Shown here one piece after another: positions 20,493 through 32,765 of a stretch of DNA of 44,770 nt. Made by a program: the position numbers and the translations under genes. The stretch spans positions 1 through 44,770 of the forward strand of contig JYFJ02003244.1 in the NCBI GenBank assembly GCA_000934665.2, in the 5' to 3' direction. Positions within the stretch are counted from its first letter, which is position 1. Each line of letters starts with the position of its first letter. Source of the stretch: Catajapyx aquilonaris. Taxonomy: Eukaryota. The notes under the pieces were generated by a model. It searched no databases. It worked only from the letters and a program-made list of their open reading frames with translations, and was not told where the DNA came from.

Positions 20493-23400
20493 AGACCACA
20501 CTAATTAACAAGTTTTCCCTCCGAATCGGTGACAATGGCCACTGTCCACGCTCCGTGTCGTTCGACTAATCTACCCATCCGTGACTTTCAATTGGGAGAG
20601 AAAATACTGTCACGTATGTAGGAAGAAAAAAAAAAGGATAGCCAGTGATTCTACCAGTTTTCCAGCTACCTACCAGCAAGTGACGTCAGACGACCGAGAA
20701 AATGAATAGAAAAAAAAGAAGGAGCTTGGGCGGCCTCAATTGCGCTTCTTCATCCTTTGCGCCGTGGCCTCAAACCTACATCTAAAAACACCCACGTTAA
20801 AATATTACCCGCGCTTTAAAAAACACCCGCACTTTTTTAACACGTCACATCCGGGCGGGAAAAAAATCCGTGGTTCAAAAAACTGATCACTGGTCACAAT
20901 AACTTACCCCCGGAGTGTTCGCGAGAAACGTGGCACTACATTGTGGTTTTATCTGGAGTGTTGTGAGGAAGGATGGGTCCAGGGGCAGTGACTGAGGAGG
21001 AATGGTCGGCTCCACTGGGCTGTTGGAAAAAGGGCGACGTTGGCCATCCAACGAGAAAGAAGAAGGGGGGTGTAGACTCGCACTGTGGTTCGTCCCAAGC
21101 TGGTCTGGCGAGCCTACTTTTACCTGCCCAGCTGTGATGAGATAGGTTCAGGTGGTGGGCAGTGGTTGGCATATAAAAAAAATACAACTCTTCCTTCAAC
21201 CGACCGACCACTCCTCAGAAAACCACGATACGTGGCTACATTCCTCCGGAGGCTAGGAAATTATTGTGAAGAGGGGGGGTCAACCATAAAAAGATTGCAA
21301 CACGTCCACATACATGATGAATGGACATGATATGGCTGTACATGGTTGTACTGCACACTGTCCACGAATCAAATGGAGGACGTGACCTTGACCTCGACCT
21401 TGCTCCTTTTTTGGGGGATTCCAGACTCCAGAGTGCTGGGATGGGCCAAGACAACTTTTTATCGCATTATCAGCCCACAAGAATTTCGGAGTTCCATAGG
21501 TGCCATATTGCCGCTTAAATATCACAGAAAAACATGCTAATAGCATATGACCTGACAATAACATTTTTAATGTACGGGTTTATCACGGATAACCTGCCGT
21601 AACGCCATTTACTTGATACTTAACAATTGGCTTTTAAAACCATCGTAAACGGCAGACTTTGTGATACGATTTATCTGCATGGAGCTGCATTTATCAACTA
21701 ACAAAATGGTTTAAAAATAACCTTGCGGTATCCTACGGTACCTGCACCCCGGAACGTATGAAGTATTCCCAATCCTATTAAAAAAATCGCACGTCTGGTG
21801 CTGTATACCTTGCCGAATTGGGTTAAACCCGCGATCATAGCATAGCTTTCGCTGTTTCGCCCCCACCTCCCCACATTTTTTTGCAACCTAATCTGCCCTG
21901 CACGAACACCGCAAGTAATTGCTCGCAGGTAGCCAACTGCGGGAAATACCTCGCATTTTTCAGTCTTACAAAAAAAGATGGGCCGGATAACTTGCGAATA
22001 TTTCCACCCAAATTACACCCCCGCAGTTCAAATTAGCCCCTATTCACACCATACATGATATCTCCGGGTACGCCCCATACCCAGCAACAATAGTGCGCAA
22101 CAATGGCAAGGTCAAATTGACGCAACAGCAAAAATGAAGGAATAGTGTGCGCAAAAAAAGTGTTGACGTCACATGTTTCCAAGTGAGAGAAGGGGACAAA
22201 AGAGGAAGAGCTGGATGAAAGTGAGCGAACCGGTCTGCTCTTCCGGCTTTTCTCCTCTTCCTAGTAGTTAGATCGAGGCACCACACACCGCAGACACTAT
22301 GTAACACAAGCCGCACACTTGTCAACCCGATCCTATTACACTATACAGGTCTACCTTGCAAATACAGCCAAGGTCTAATGGCGTTCTGTTTACGGTCCCG
22401 AGGTTTATAAATGTGAAGGTCGTTTCCACGTTCGAGCAGGAACTGCAGGTATTTCCGTTCAAAACTTGGACCATTTTGCCGTGTCCGAATCGGTCGAAGG
22501 TCGCTGGTCAAATATCGGGGAAGCCAAGGACATCCTAGTTCACAGCCGCTATTGTGCTAACAAAATTGTGTGTGTACACGCGTCGCACGAGCACGGCATT
22601 TGCAGATGGCTACACCGTAGGTTCCGGAGCACCAGGGAACCCCAAGGCCCCTTTTTACGCCCCCACAGGAAAAAAAAGAAGAAAAAAAGTATACCTCGCA
22701 ACCCTGCCGTCACGCCATCGCCAATCCTTCTTCCACCATTATAACGCAATCCCCCCCTTATTTTCTCCTCACATCTGCATATGTATGTGACTTGCAGCAA
22801 GCCAAGCGCGAAACCTTATTCCTCGCCCAATAACAGATAACAATGATTTTTACAGCTTATCTGGTTGCATCATCCAGGAAATATCTTTGGAGAAAATTGG
22901 GCTGAAGATTCAATTGGCCTTCGTTGCACCCAATTTATGTCACATCGACCCCTAGTTTCACTCCGGTACTGCAATAACCGATAAGCAGAATTCCCAGCTG
23001 ATTATAACCAAGGAGTGGCACATGGGGAAACGGCCTCCAAAGCTTACCCTAATATTAGTTATTGGTGCTGACAAGTGTGCTGCTATAAATTACCGAACGT
23101 ATCGTGAAGGGCATGTCCTTTCCTAGTTTCCACGTACCTTTTTCAACGACGATTTTTCCCTGCACGCGATCTTAGGAGGAAAAAATAGCACGAGTTGTCC
23201 TACTAGCTATCTGCCTGATTGTCACCACCGCTATACACTGCCAACTGCCGATACCATTGTTTGCGTACCATTTTTTTAAAAAAAGCGTTTCACATTTTAC
23301 GCTCCGTTGTATTCGGCACTTCAAAAAATCCGTCCTAACAATAAAGCAGTGCCCCACATTCCTGGTGCGAAGTGTGTCTTCTTTAGAACTCGAAGAAAAA

Positions 23401-25249
23401 TTTTCAGGTCAAGTATACTGTTTGTTTGAGATCGTATATACTGTACTAGGATGGAGATCTGAACAATAAATCCCGTACGTTAAACCGGTACAGAGTTCCT
23501 CGAGGCTGTCACAAACCGGAAATACTGACCGTTCTGGAAACGCGTGGTCCTGATGATGCCTGAGCACCACCTTCCGTCTGGTGGTACCTGACGACCGTCG
23601 TCTCCTCTTGAGACACAACATGGTTGACGAGTCCGGTCCAGCACCGAGCCGGAGCCCTTACCTCCTCGGAGGCGGTTGTGCCTGCAAGTGAGACCGTTGC
23701 GATGAAGTGCACCGTCCATCCGGAGTCTCTCTTCCGGAACGGCGCCCGGCCCAGTGCGCCTGGCCGTGACCGAAATCCACCTCTTTCCCCTCCCACTATC
23801 CACTTCCTTTAACTCGTCTTTTTTACAGTCCTCAAGTGATGCTTCCTTAGTTCCGGATGCTCGCTACAATGAGCTAATCATAATTATGAGCACGTGTCAT
23901 CAGACACTTGTAACTGGACTATTCCCTGAATGGTATATGAGGCCGGTATTTTGTCGTCGGGTATTTGCATCATGTATGGTGGGACAAACAATGGGATGCT
24001 TGACACCATGGGAATGTGGCTTTCTGGGTGTCATTTGCTTCAAATTGGCCGGGCGCCTTTGTTTTCGGCAGAATGTACCGTAAACACTTGAAAGGTGCTG
24101 ACCTAGGTTTGACCACGTCGCGGCACAAATTTTTTTACATTGCTTTGTGTGCACTTGAGCGTGTCAATGACTCCCGGTGCTGTGGTAGAGTGATATTACA
24201 CACATTTGCAGGAAAAAATTTCGTTATCACTTGCACGACTAGAGATGATACAAGGAATAACACGAACCATTGCCTAACATTCAGCTGAGGCGCAAAATGT
24301 TTCAATAAATATTCACGAGAGCAATAATAACGATGATGCATCATATTGTAATGAACAGAGCAATTTATTATTGTTAGTGACTACGCCGCAACTTTGCATA
24401 CATACATACCCATCTACAGTAGACGTTTCCATATACAGTATAAAGTGGATGACTGCATGCAAGTCAAACAACTCATAAATATGTAGCCTAAACACACAGC
24501 CTACTCCCATATAGGCGAGGTAATAAATGCACTAACAGCCCGTATAATCTCCTAACAATCTGACTGAAACTAAACGAAACTATAGCTCGTAATACGTGCG
24601 GGAGGGAATTCTCTCAGATTTAGATCGTGCGATGAGTGGAAGAATAGCAGCTTACCAAGTCAGTAAAAATTTTTGCAGCGGAAGTTTGGTCATGCCATGA
24701 TAACTTAACGCTGTAACCAATCAGGAGAAAAATGTCGCCATAAATTAGGCCTATACATGTAGTGAAGTACAAACCTCCGCTATACAGTACGTAACATAAG
24801 CAATCCAAACAAGCCCATATAAATTTTTAAGTTAATCTTAAAATCATAGTTGCAATACTTATCAGTTATCACTATTCTAAAATGAGATTTTAACGGATTT
24901 TAACCACAACTATACAGCAATCTTTGTTTTTTCACTTACCTGTTTATAGTCACTTTCCCGATTAGTGAAGCACATCACTTTCGATATGTCACAGGTGGTG
25001 GCGCACACCTGTATGCATTATGCATCATACCTATTGGCACACTGCAATTGACACCTGTCGGGCAAACTTCCTGTACGTAATAAGCGACTGCATATTAAAC
25101 TCGCAAGTTTCTTCTGCAAAACTGGCCAATTTCCTCCGTACACATGCTACACCAGGTGCATTTGAGGCGATTCTATACTAACAAGTTCGAAGGTTCTACT
25201 CTACTTTTACTACAGTCTAAAGGCGGTTGTTGTGCTTTCCATATGTCGT

Positions 25250-26000
25250 GCAAGGCCGCCCGCATACGTTGCGTTCTCGCTCGTTAAGCACAAGCCTGCC
25301 AGATGGCAGTAGCAGGAGCGTCGCGACGCCCCGTGGCGGCGTCGCAGAAAACTCGCACCCTTTCGTCGGTGGGTGCTGTATGAATGAGCGCGCGCTCTCC
25401 AAAATTCCTCTCTCAATTGGACGCGTGTTCATTAAAGGAAATTAGGTCCCTGATGGGCAGGTGCTGAGACTGCCGTTACGTCACAACCAACGGGCGTCGG
25501 CGTCGTCTCCCCCCCTCTCCTGGCTCCCGAAAAAAGAGCCGAAAGCCGGCGAAGGTGCGGGGGAGGGAAGTAGATGGCCAGCGCATGCACCGTTAATTGG
25601 AGGCGTCGGTGACGTCGGCAGGCGTCGCCTATCGACCCGATGGCCAGAGAAGGGGCGTCGAGAGCTTGGAGAGCGTCGGATCGAGTTCAGTGCGGGCTGG
25701 GAGGCGCGGGGGAGCGCGTCGGCGCCGTCTCTATACACGGCGGCGTCAGCAGGTGCGTCCTTTTCTTATCTCCCTCCGATATCCTCCGTCGCGTGGCATC
25801 GGGTGTCGGTGGCTGTCCGGGACCCTCGGACACCCATGGCCACGACGACGACCAACGACGCTGGCGGCGCCCGACCCGTGGCATTTCCATCGTGACGTCA
25901 TCCTGCGGAAAGTCCCGGCCGGATTGGGGGAAAGAGGGGGAGGTTGTATACGGGGGGAGGAGGGGGGGGGGCGTCGGTGGGAGGAAAATGGGTGACTCGA
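25250..26000. promoter_or_regulatory. CpG-island-like promoter/5' region of the SLC7A14-like gene
   Basis: Very GC- and CpG-rich non-coding stretch upstream of the acceptor (~26381) that precedes the ATG at 26421; perfect CRE TGACGTCA at 25893-25900. Confidence 0.5.
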
Positions 26001-26420
26001 GGATTACCAGGCCTTGAATAAGAATAATGTCGGTTGTTGGGTCCCGACAATGTCACCTCAGAGCCTCGTTATTTAAATGATCGATTAGGGCTAGGGGATT
26101 TATGGCGCATTAATTGCGGCGCGTCGCTGGATATACGCTGGTAGTCAATCAATGGGATTTGTCAATTGGCCGGATCAGAGGTGGCTAAAAATAGGTCGTC
26201 CCCGGCCGTGTCGTTACCTGTTATGGGCACCGTCAGTTCAGAGTTCGGGAATGATTCGATTTGTAGCAATTTGTGGGGGCAATCAAGGGCTTGTCCCCTG
26301 GAGGCCTGACCCGGCGCCCAAATTGAGCGTCGGTTTTTTCCTTAATAAGGCTGGTGGAATGGGTTGTTCTGTCGCCGGCAGGTGGTGAGAGGTGTGATCT
26401 ATAGCATCCGAGCAGTCAAG

Positions 26421-29400
26421 ATGACAATGCGGATGAGACTGGGTGCCGGCGTGAGTGGCGGCGACGCGCTCCGGCTCTTCCAGAAGTTCATTCGGACGAA
26501 GGACCCGGCGTCGCTGCAGGAGACTGACGAAGATGACCTGGGTGCTGCGGGCGGGAAGGGCCGCCTCAGGAAGTGCCTGACTGCCCTCGACCTCACCTCT
26601 CTCGGGGTTGGCAGCTGCGTGGGTACCGGCATGTACCTGGTCTCCGGTATGGTCGCCAGGAAGGTGGCCGGACCTGCAGTGGTACTCAGTTTTCTCATCG
26701 CCGCCGTCGCCTCCATTTTCTCCGGTACGTCATCCGGCTATGGGACGGACAAACTGATCTGGAGACGATGAGTGTTGCAAGGGTTGTCACAATGACAATA
26801 GAATCTCTTTAAAACTTGTTGCTGGGGCCCTTGCAACACGTAGTACTGCCAGCATTACTTTGTCTGTCGTATATGTTGAGTGTATTCTTGTATACATGTG
26901 AGAAAGAGCAGGTACCACGTGGTGCTTCTTCACCGTGTAGGAGCCTGCTACGCAGAGTTCGGGGTTCGAGTCCCGCACACGACGGGATCGGCGTACATGT
27001 ACAGCTACGTGACGGTGGGCGAGCTGGTTGCTTTCGTCATTGGGTGGAACATGGTGCTCGAGTACCTGATTGGCACTTCGGCGTGTGCATGTGCCCTGTC
27101 GGCATGCTTCGACGCCCTGGCCGACGGTGCCATTACCAGATCTGTGGGCTCCGCCTTTGGCACCCTCGCCGGTTCGCATCTCTACAGTTGTATATTCTCG
27201 CACTGCACCATCATATTTATACCAGTGTATATAGCCTGCAATTCACGTGCATGCACAAGACCAATCCGTCACGAGTCCTCAATCTGTAAACAGATATAGG
27301 ATCGCTTGGATTATTCATCCAGGAAAAGCTCTGTCGCCATTAACTGCACGGCATTCCATATCGTATGTCTTTCCATGTAAATTTAATCAGGTACAAACCA
27401 CTGACTTGTTCAAACTGTGCTGCCTTACAGTGGTACAATTTTTTGTGCCCTCTCCTCAGCGGCTCTGCTTTTCTTATTGACTTTGCAATGAAAATACTAG
27501 AGGTGATTTATTTAGAGTCGTCTTTCATGATAAACGAAACTGGGCCACCACCAATGCATTCAGCGTGTCCGCAATTGATTTTGTGCTCACGTAATCAACG
27601 TAAAGTTTGCTGCGTGTCTGTGGGATTCAATTCTCCGGTTGGAAATTCCCATTTCCTTACAGTTCTGCTGTCGTTTCTGCCTCAAGTATCAAAGCAGCGC
27701 AGAGCTTGAACTTGACGATATTGGCCTTATTATAAAATAGTGTTAGCAAAACTTTGCACATAAAATAGTAGTTATGCATGGCGCATGTCGGTTCCTTTCT
27801 GCCTCTCCCGACGGTTCAATACAATGATGTTCCGTCGTAGGGAGGCCGCCGGACTTTCTGGCGTTCGGGATCACGGCGGCTATGACGGCGCTTCTGGTGG
27901 CTGGAGCCCGGAAATCCCTGCTATTCACCAATGTGCTGAACGTCATCAATCTGGGAGCCTGGGTGTTTGTCATGACGGCGGGCCTCTTCTACGTCGACGG
28001 CGCCAACTGGAGCCAACACGGCGGTTTCCTGCCCTTCGGCTGGTCCGGAGTCCTGACTGGCGCCGCCACCTGCTTCTACGCCTTCATCGGATTCGACATC
28101 ATCGCCACCACAGGAGAGGAGTCGGTCAATCCTCGCAAGGACATCCCCTTAGCCATCGTAGGATCACTACTCATCATCCTCGCTGCCTATGTCACCACCT
28201 CCATGATGTTGACTCTCATCGGTACGTCTCTGTGCTCCAGAAGGTCCTTGATATGTTGATACCATCCAACAACTGCGTTTTCAGTTCCTTATGACCAAGT
28301 GGACACCGACTCGGCTCTGGTGGCCATGTTTGCTCACGTGGGGGCCCCTACGGCCAAGGCTCTGGTGGCCATCGGTGCACTGGCAGGCCTCTCCGTTTCC
28401 ATGTTCGGATCCATGTTCCCCATGCCTCGAGTTGTCTACGCCATGGCCAAGGACGGACTCATTTTCAAGTAAATGTCCTTGGTGTGCCTGCTGGACATGT
28501 GCTAATTGCTTGTATGTGCAGGAATCTGGCTCAGGTGTGGGAGCCGACTGGGACGCCGGCGGTGGCCACGGTCATCTTCGGCGCTGCGGCTGCCTTCGCG
28601 GCGCTTCTCATCCGGCTGGACATCCTGGTGGAGATGATGAGCATCGGAACCCTGCTGGCCTACACTCTGGTGTCCACCTGCGTGCTTCTCCTGCGCTACC
28701 AGCCCCACTCCACCACCTTGATCGACCTGCTTCCCGAGGCCCTGAGGACCCCCTGCCCTGGGAGCCCTGTCAGGGACGCCCCCGACGCCCGAGATCCTTC
28801 TTACCTGCTGGACACTGCCGCTGCTCACCAGCATCCTGCTGCCAAAGTGCGTAGCAGAATATACCGTCAATTAGGGGTGGTGGCTCGTCTGACGACCTGA
28901 TTTGTCTTTGGGCTCAGCTTGACTTCGGCGATTCTTCCGAGGTTCCTCAACTGGGACGACGTCCCAGTCAGGTGGCACAGATGGGTCCTGTCACAGTCCG
29001 CCGGGTCACCCGCTTCTCACCTGACAGCGACGAAACCACCCAGGTTTGTACATGGTCCTGGCCGGTGCGGTTCGCAATGGCGTCGTTGTCTTTTGGCCAC
29101 AATCGCGCTCGAAGACAACGACGCTCGTGCGAACCCAGCTTGACACTGGCATTGCAGGGCGACACCGACGCCGACGCCGAGCAGGATGACACCTACCTGG
29201 TCCGCGAACGAGGTGAGCCCACTTATTACGGCGGCACTGCTGGAGGAGGAAGCGCCGGTCGAGGGAGCATGGGCAGCAGCATCGGTGCCACTGGCATACC
29301 CATACCGGGTATCGGTGCTGTGGGTGGCGCCGTGGGGGGCGCCGCTGGGATAGCCGTGGGCCTTTGGGAGAAGCAGAACCGACTTCTCCAGCAGTATTTC

Positions 29401-29987
29401 CCCCGCTGGTTTCCCTGGATGCCCACGGGTCCGGCCACCGTGGAGTCCGGTCGGCTGGTGACCCGGCTGGTGGGCATCCTGTACCTCCTTATCGTGCTTC
29501 TGGACCTTCTGGTGGTGACAGGCATCGGCGCCCTAGAGCGCGGATCTGGAACCGCCGTCTTCTTCCTCCTGCTGCTGTTGGCTTCCATCATCGCCGTTCT
29601 GCTGCTCATCTCCAGGCAGCCGCAGAATCGCAAAGCCCTGCTTTTTCTCACCCCGGGGCTCCCCTATGTGCCCGCCATTGCCGTCACTGTCAACATCTAC
29701 CTCATCTTCAAACTATCCATACTCACGCTCGTCCGGTTCACTGTCTGGATGACTATCGGTAAGTACACCATTCTGCTGGTCATGTCCGAATATTTTCTTT
29801 TCAATTTCAATATGTCTGGGCAGGTTTCGCAGTGTACTTCCGCTATGGCATCAAGAACAGCACACTGGAAAGTCCTCAGGACCGAGATCAGTCTATGGAG
29901 CTGAGCGTGGCGTCGGCCATGGACAATCGCGACGCCCAGGACAAGACGAAACCAAACGACTACTACAACCACTTGTCCGCTCCTTGA
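26421..29987 (+). CDS. SLC7A14: SLC7A14-like probable cationic amino acid transporter (~771 aa, 8 exons)
   Basis: Exons 26421-26724, 26941-27171, 27841-28221, 28285-28468, 28522-28846, 28918-29043, 29158-29758 and 29824-29987 (2316 nt). [79 protein letters not shown] and the long cytosolic insertion before the last TMs are characteristic of SLC7A14. Confidence 0.93.
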
Positions 29988-32213
29988 TAGTCTGCTTGAT
30001 GGACAGACCATGACGTGGACGACCATGACGGCGACGACGACACTATACTGGCACAAATCTCGACGATGAATGGATGGATGGATGGATGTTGGTGGATGCT
30101 AATGGGCGGCGTCGGTGGCGTCGGATGAGCTCCTCCGGGTGGAAAAAAAAAGGTTGACATAATGAGTCTTCCCAGGTAGCATTTTTTTGGTCGACAAAAA
30201 AAAAATTACATGAAAATTTTTTCCTAATGCACACTCTACATGTGCTGTTTGTGATGTCTGTGCTACGGCGTCTGATCCACAAAAAAGTAGAACCATAACA
30301 TATCGCATTTAAATGGGAGTCACTCTATCTAGTCCCCACCCAAATTTTTCCCGAAAAATAAGTGAGACATCCTATATTCTATAGATCCCATCCTTGGTAT
30401 CAAATATAGCATAAGTTGTATTTTCCATTCAGTAGGTTACTTTAAACTTATTTTTGAGGGTGGGAAAAACCGACTCAAGTGTGCAAAGTTGCGAAACGGT
30501 GTCCCAAAGCCTAAATAACTGGGTTGAGGTCACACTGCTGACCCGACGCGCCTGGGGGCTGGGGAAAAAAATAACTAATCACGTATATATCTTGCATTGT
30601 GGTGGGCTCTGCTAAGTTATAAGGCTGTTAACCAATTAAGTTGTTATTTTGGATTTCACTGCACTGGTCGCACTGCTTAACTAAGCTTGCGACTCTTCCT
30701 AGTGGTCTACGAAACCCAAGATGACAAAATACACAAGCACTATGATTACAAAATAAATAAAAAACCCCAGCGGAAGTGCCTTAAGTTGCCCCGCTCCTTT
30801 TGTTGCCAGCTTCTCTCACTTCCGTCGTTGCTCCCTCCATTCATATCATAATATCAATTATATGCGAAAAAGTGACTAGTAATAACCCACGGTATCACCA
30901 CTAGTAACGATAGTAATAAATCCTTCCCCGGATCGAGCACCCGGATATATGATGAATGGACAGTTTATAAGGCAGCCGCCGACGCCGCCTCAAGTGGGCT
31001 ACATATCCCCCAATTTAGACACATGTCAGGCACGTGGGAGCAGCTGAGGAGGTGGGGGGGTGCAATGTGTTGCTGGGGGTGGTGGAATAATTATTATATA
31101 AAAAATATGAATAATTAAGGGCCGCCATTGTTGCCTCTCCGTTGTTCTTGTCGTGTTTGTCTTTGTCCCAAGCGGCCCCCCAACATGTGACCCCGCACAC
31201 ACTCACACACACCCCCTCCCCCACCGTGAAAACGATTTTAAAATAAATAACGGAGTGGGAACATATAACTACATAAAAGTAATATTAGATGTGCAATAAG
31301 TGCCCGCAGCAATCAGCAGCTTCTCTGGTGATGAAGTTAATGATGATGTTGATGATTTTTTGATGTTGGGCTATACTTGTGTGGGGTTCAATTTTGTTTT
31401 TAAAGATGGGAGGAGGTGAAGAGAGAGGGGGGGCTATATCCGTGATATAAATATATACATAACGTAAACTATACACACATGCGAATTATTTAGGCGCCAA
31501 GCCAACGACCTCGTCACATATCACACGACTTCTTCCAAAGTGGGGCTACATGTTATTATTTGTATGTCAATTTCTTTTTTGAGGGTTGGGGTGGGTGGTG
31601 GGGAAGACAGGGGGGGTAAAACGGGGTTGGGGTTGGGATGGGAAGGGTAGATTATTGTTTTTTTCTATTGTTTTTATTTGTTGGGAGAACCTGGCAGTGC
31701 AGTAGTAGTAATCTACTGTTTGCATATCATCATCACCTATGAAAGAGAGAGAGAATAAAGAGGATGAGCCAGCGAACCATGTTCGAAAAATATCGTTTTA
31801 TGATGGCTGTTCATTCTTGCCTGTGACATCATTGTTGATTTTCATTGTTGGCCTTGTCTCTGATTATTATAATAACCGAGATGTCATCCAAATAAATTGC
31901 ATGAAGGATGTGGCGCATTTTTTTCTTCTTCTTGCTTTCTCCCACTCCCGACTCCCACACACCCTTATTCCAGCTCCATTACACGGATGAGGTACAGGGC
32001 ATTGCGCACGGATGGTCATTAGTTGTGTATCAGGTAATGACGATCATCAGTGCACCCAACTAGTGTGGTGCTGCTTGGCAAGTAAAAACCCTGGATCCGA
32101 ACGGACCGCGGCGAGTGTGTGACGTCACGCGCTGTGACGACACGCGGCGTGGTGCCAGCGGATGGGGGCCTGGCAGCACTAGGCCAGCGAATGGGAAGCG
32201 AATAACCAAGAGC

Positions 32214-32286
32214 GCCGGGATAGCTCAGTTGGGAGAGCGTTAGACTGAAGATCTAAAGGTCCCCGGTTCGATCCCGGGTCACGGCA
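32214..32286 (+). tRNA. tRNA-Phe (GAA)
   Basis: GCCGGGATAGCTCAGTTGGGAGAGCGTTAGACTGAAGATCTAAAGGTCCCCGGTTCGATCCCGGGTCACGGCA, 73 nt, folds as a cloverleaf; T7 terminator at ~32300-32306. The acceptor stem has one G5:A68 mismatch. Confidence 0.93.
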
Positions 32287-32506
32287 CATAAAGCGCTCCT
32301 TTTTTTAAAAATTATTTTTACTTTTCCCCCCAATTTTAATTTCGCAAATTTGATTCAAAATAATTGACGAACCATGATTAATCAGCATTAATTTCAACTG
32401 AATTTACACTGGCGTCTCACTTTTTTTCTCCAGCGGCGGAGCAGGGGGTTGTGGCTCGACACGACAGTGCTCGACACCGTTGATGTGACAAAAAGGTCGG
32501 GCCATT

Positions 32507-32578
32507 TGACCCCGACGTGACTCGAACACGCAGCCTTCGGATCTGGAGTCCGACGCGCTACCATTGCGCCACGAGGTC
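32507..32578 (-). tRNA. tRNA-Trp (CCA)
   Basis: Reverse complement GACCTCGTGGCGCAATGGTAGCGCGTCGGACTCCAGATCCGAAGGCTGCGTGTTCGAGTCACGTCGGGGTCA, 72 nt; paired anticodon stem TCGGA/TCCGA; T5 terminator at 32494-32490. Confidence 0.95.
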
Positions 32579-32765
32579 ATCCACTCTCTTCGGGCGCCCC
32601 ACGTCGATTCTTCAAGTCGGACGCCTTCCTTCCAGGCACTCCTGCCAGGTGGCGCCACCTGCTTGACGACGATTCTCCAGGGAGGCAGACAGGAATCTGG
32701 ATGGCCATGGACGACGTGTGAGGAGGAACATATGGTGTGAGGGACCACAGCCAGTGCCATGAGAT

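Noticed and set aside
23470..23810. GC-rich overlapping ORFs of ~95-107 aa
   Set aside because: No recognisable domain and no splice path to a neighbouring gene that I could verify.
25461..26017. Several 125-144 aa ORFs
   Set aside because: Expected by chance in stop-poor CpG-island sequence.
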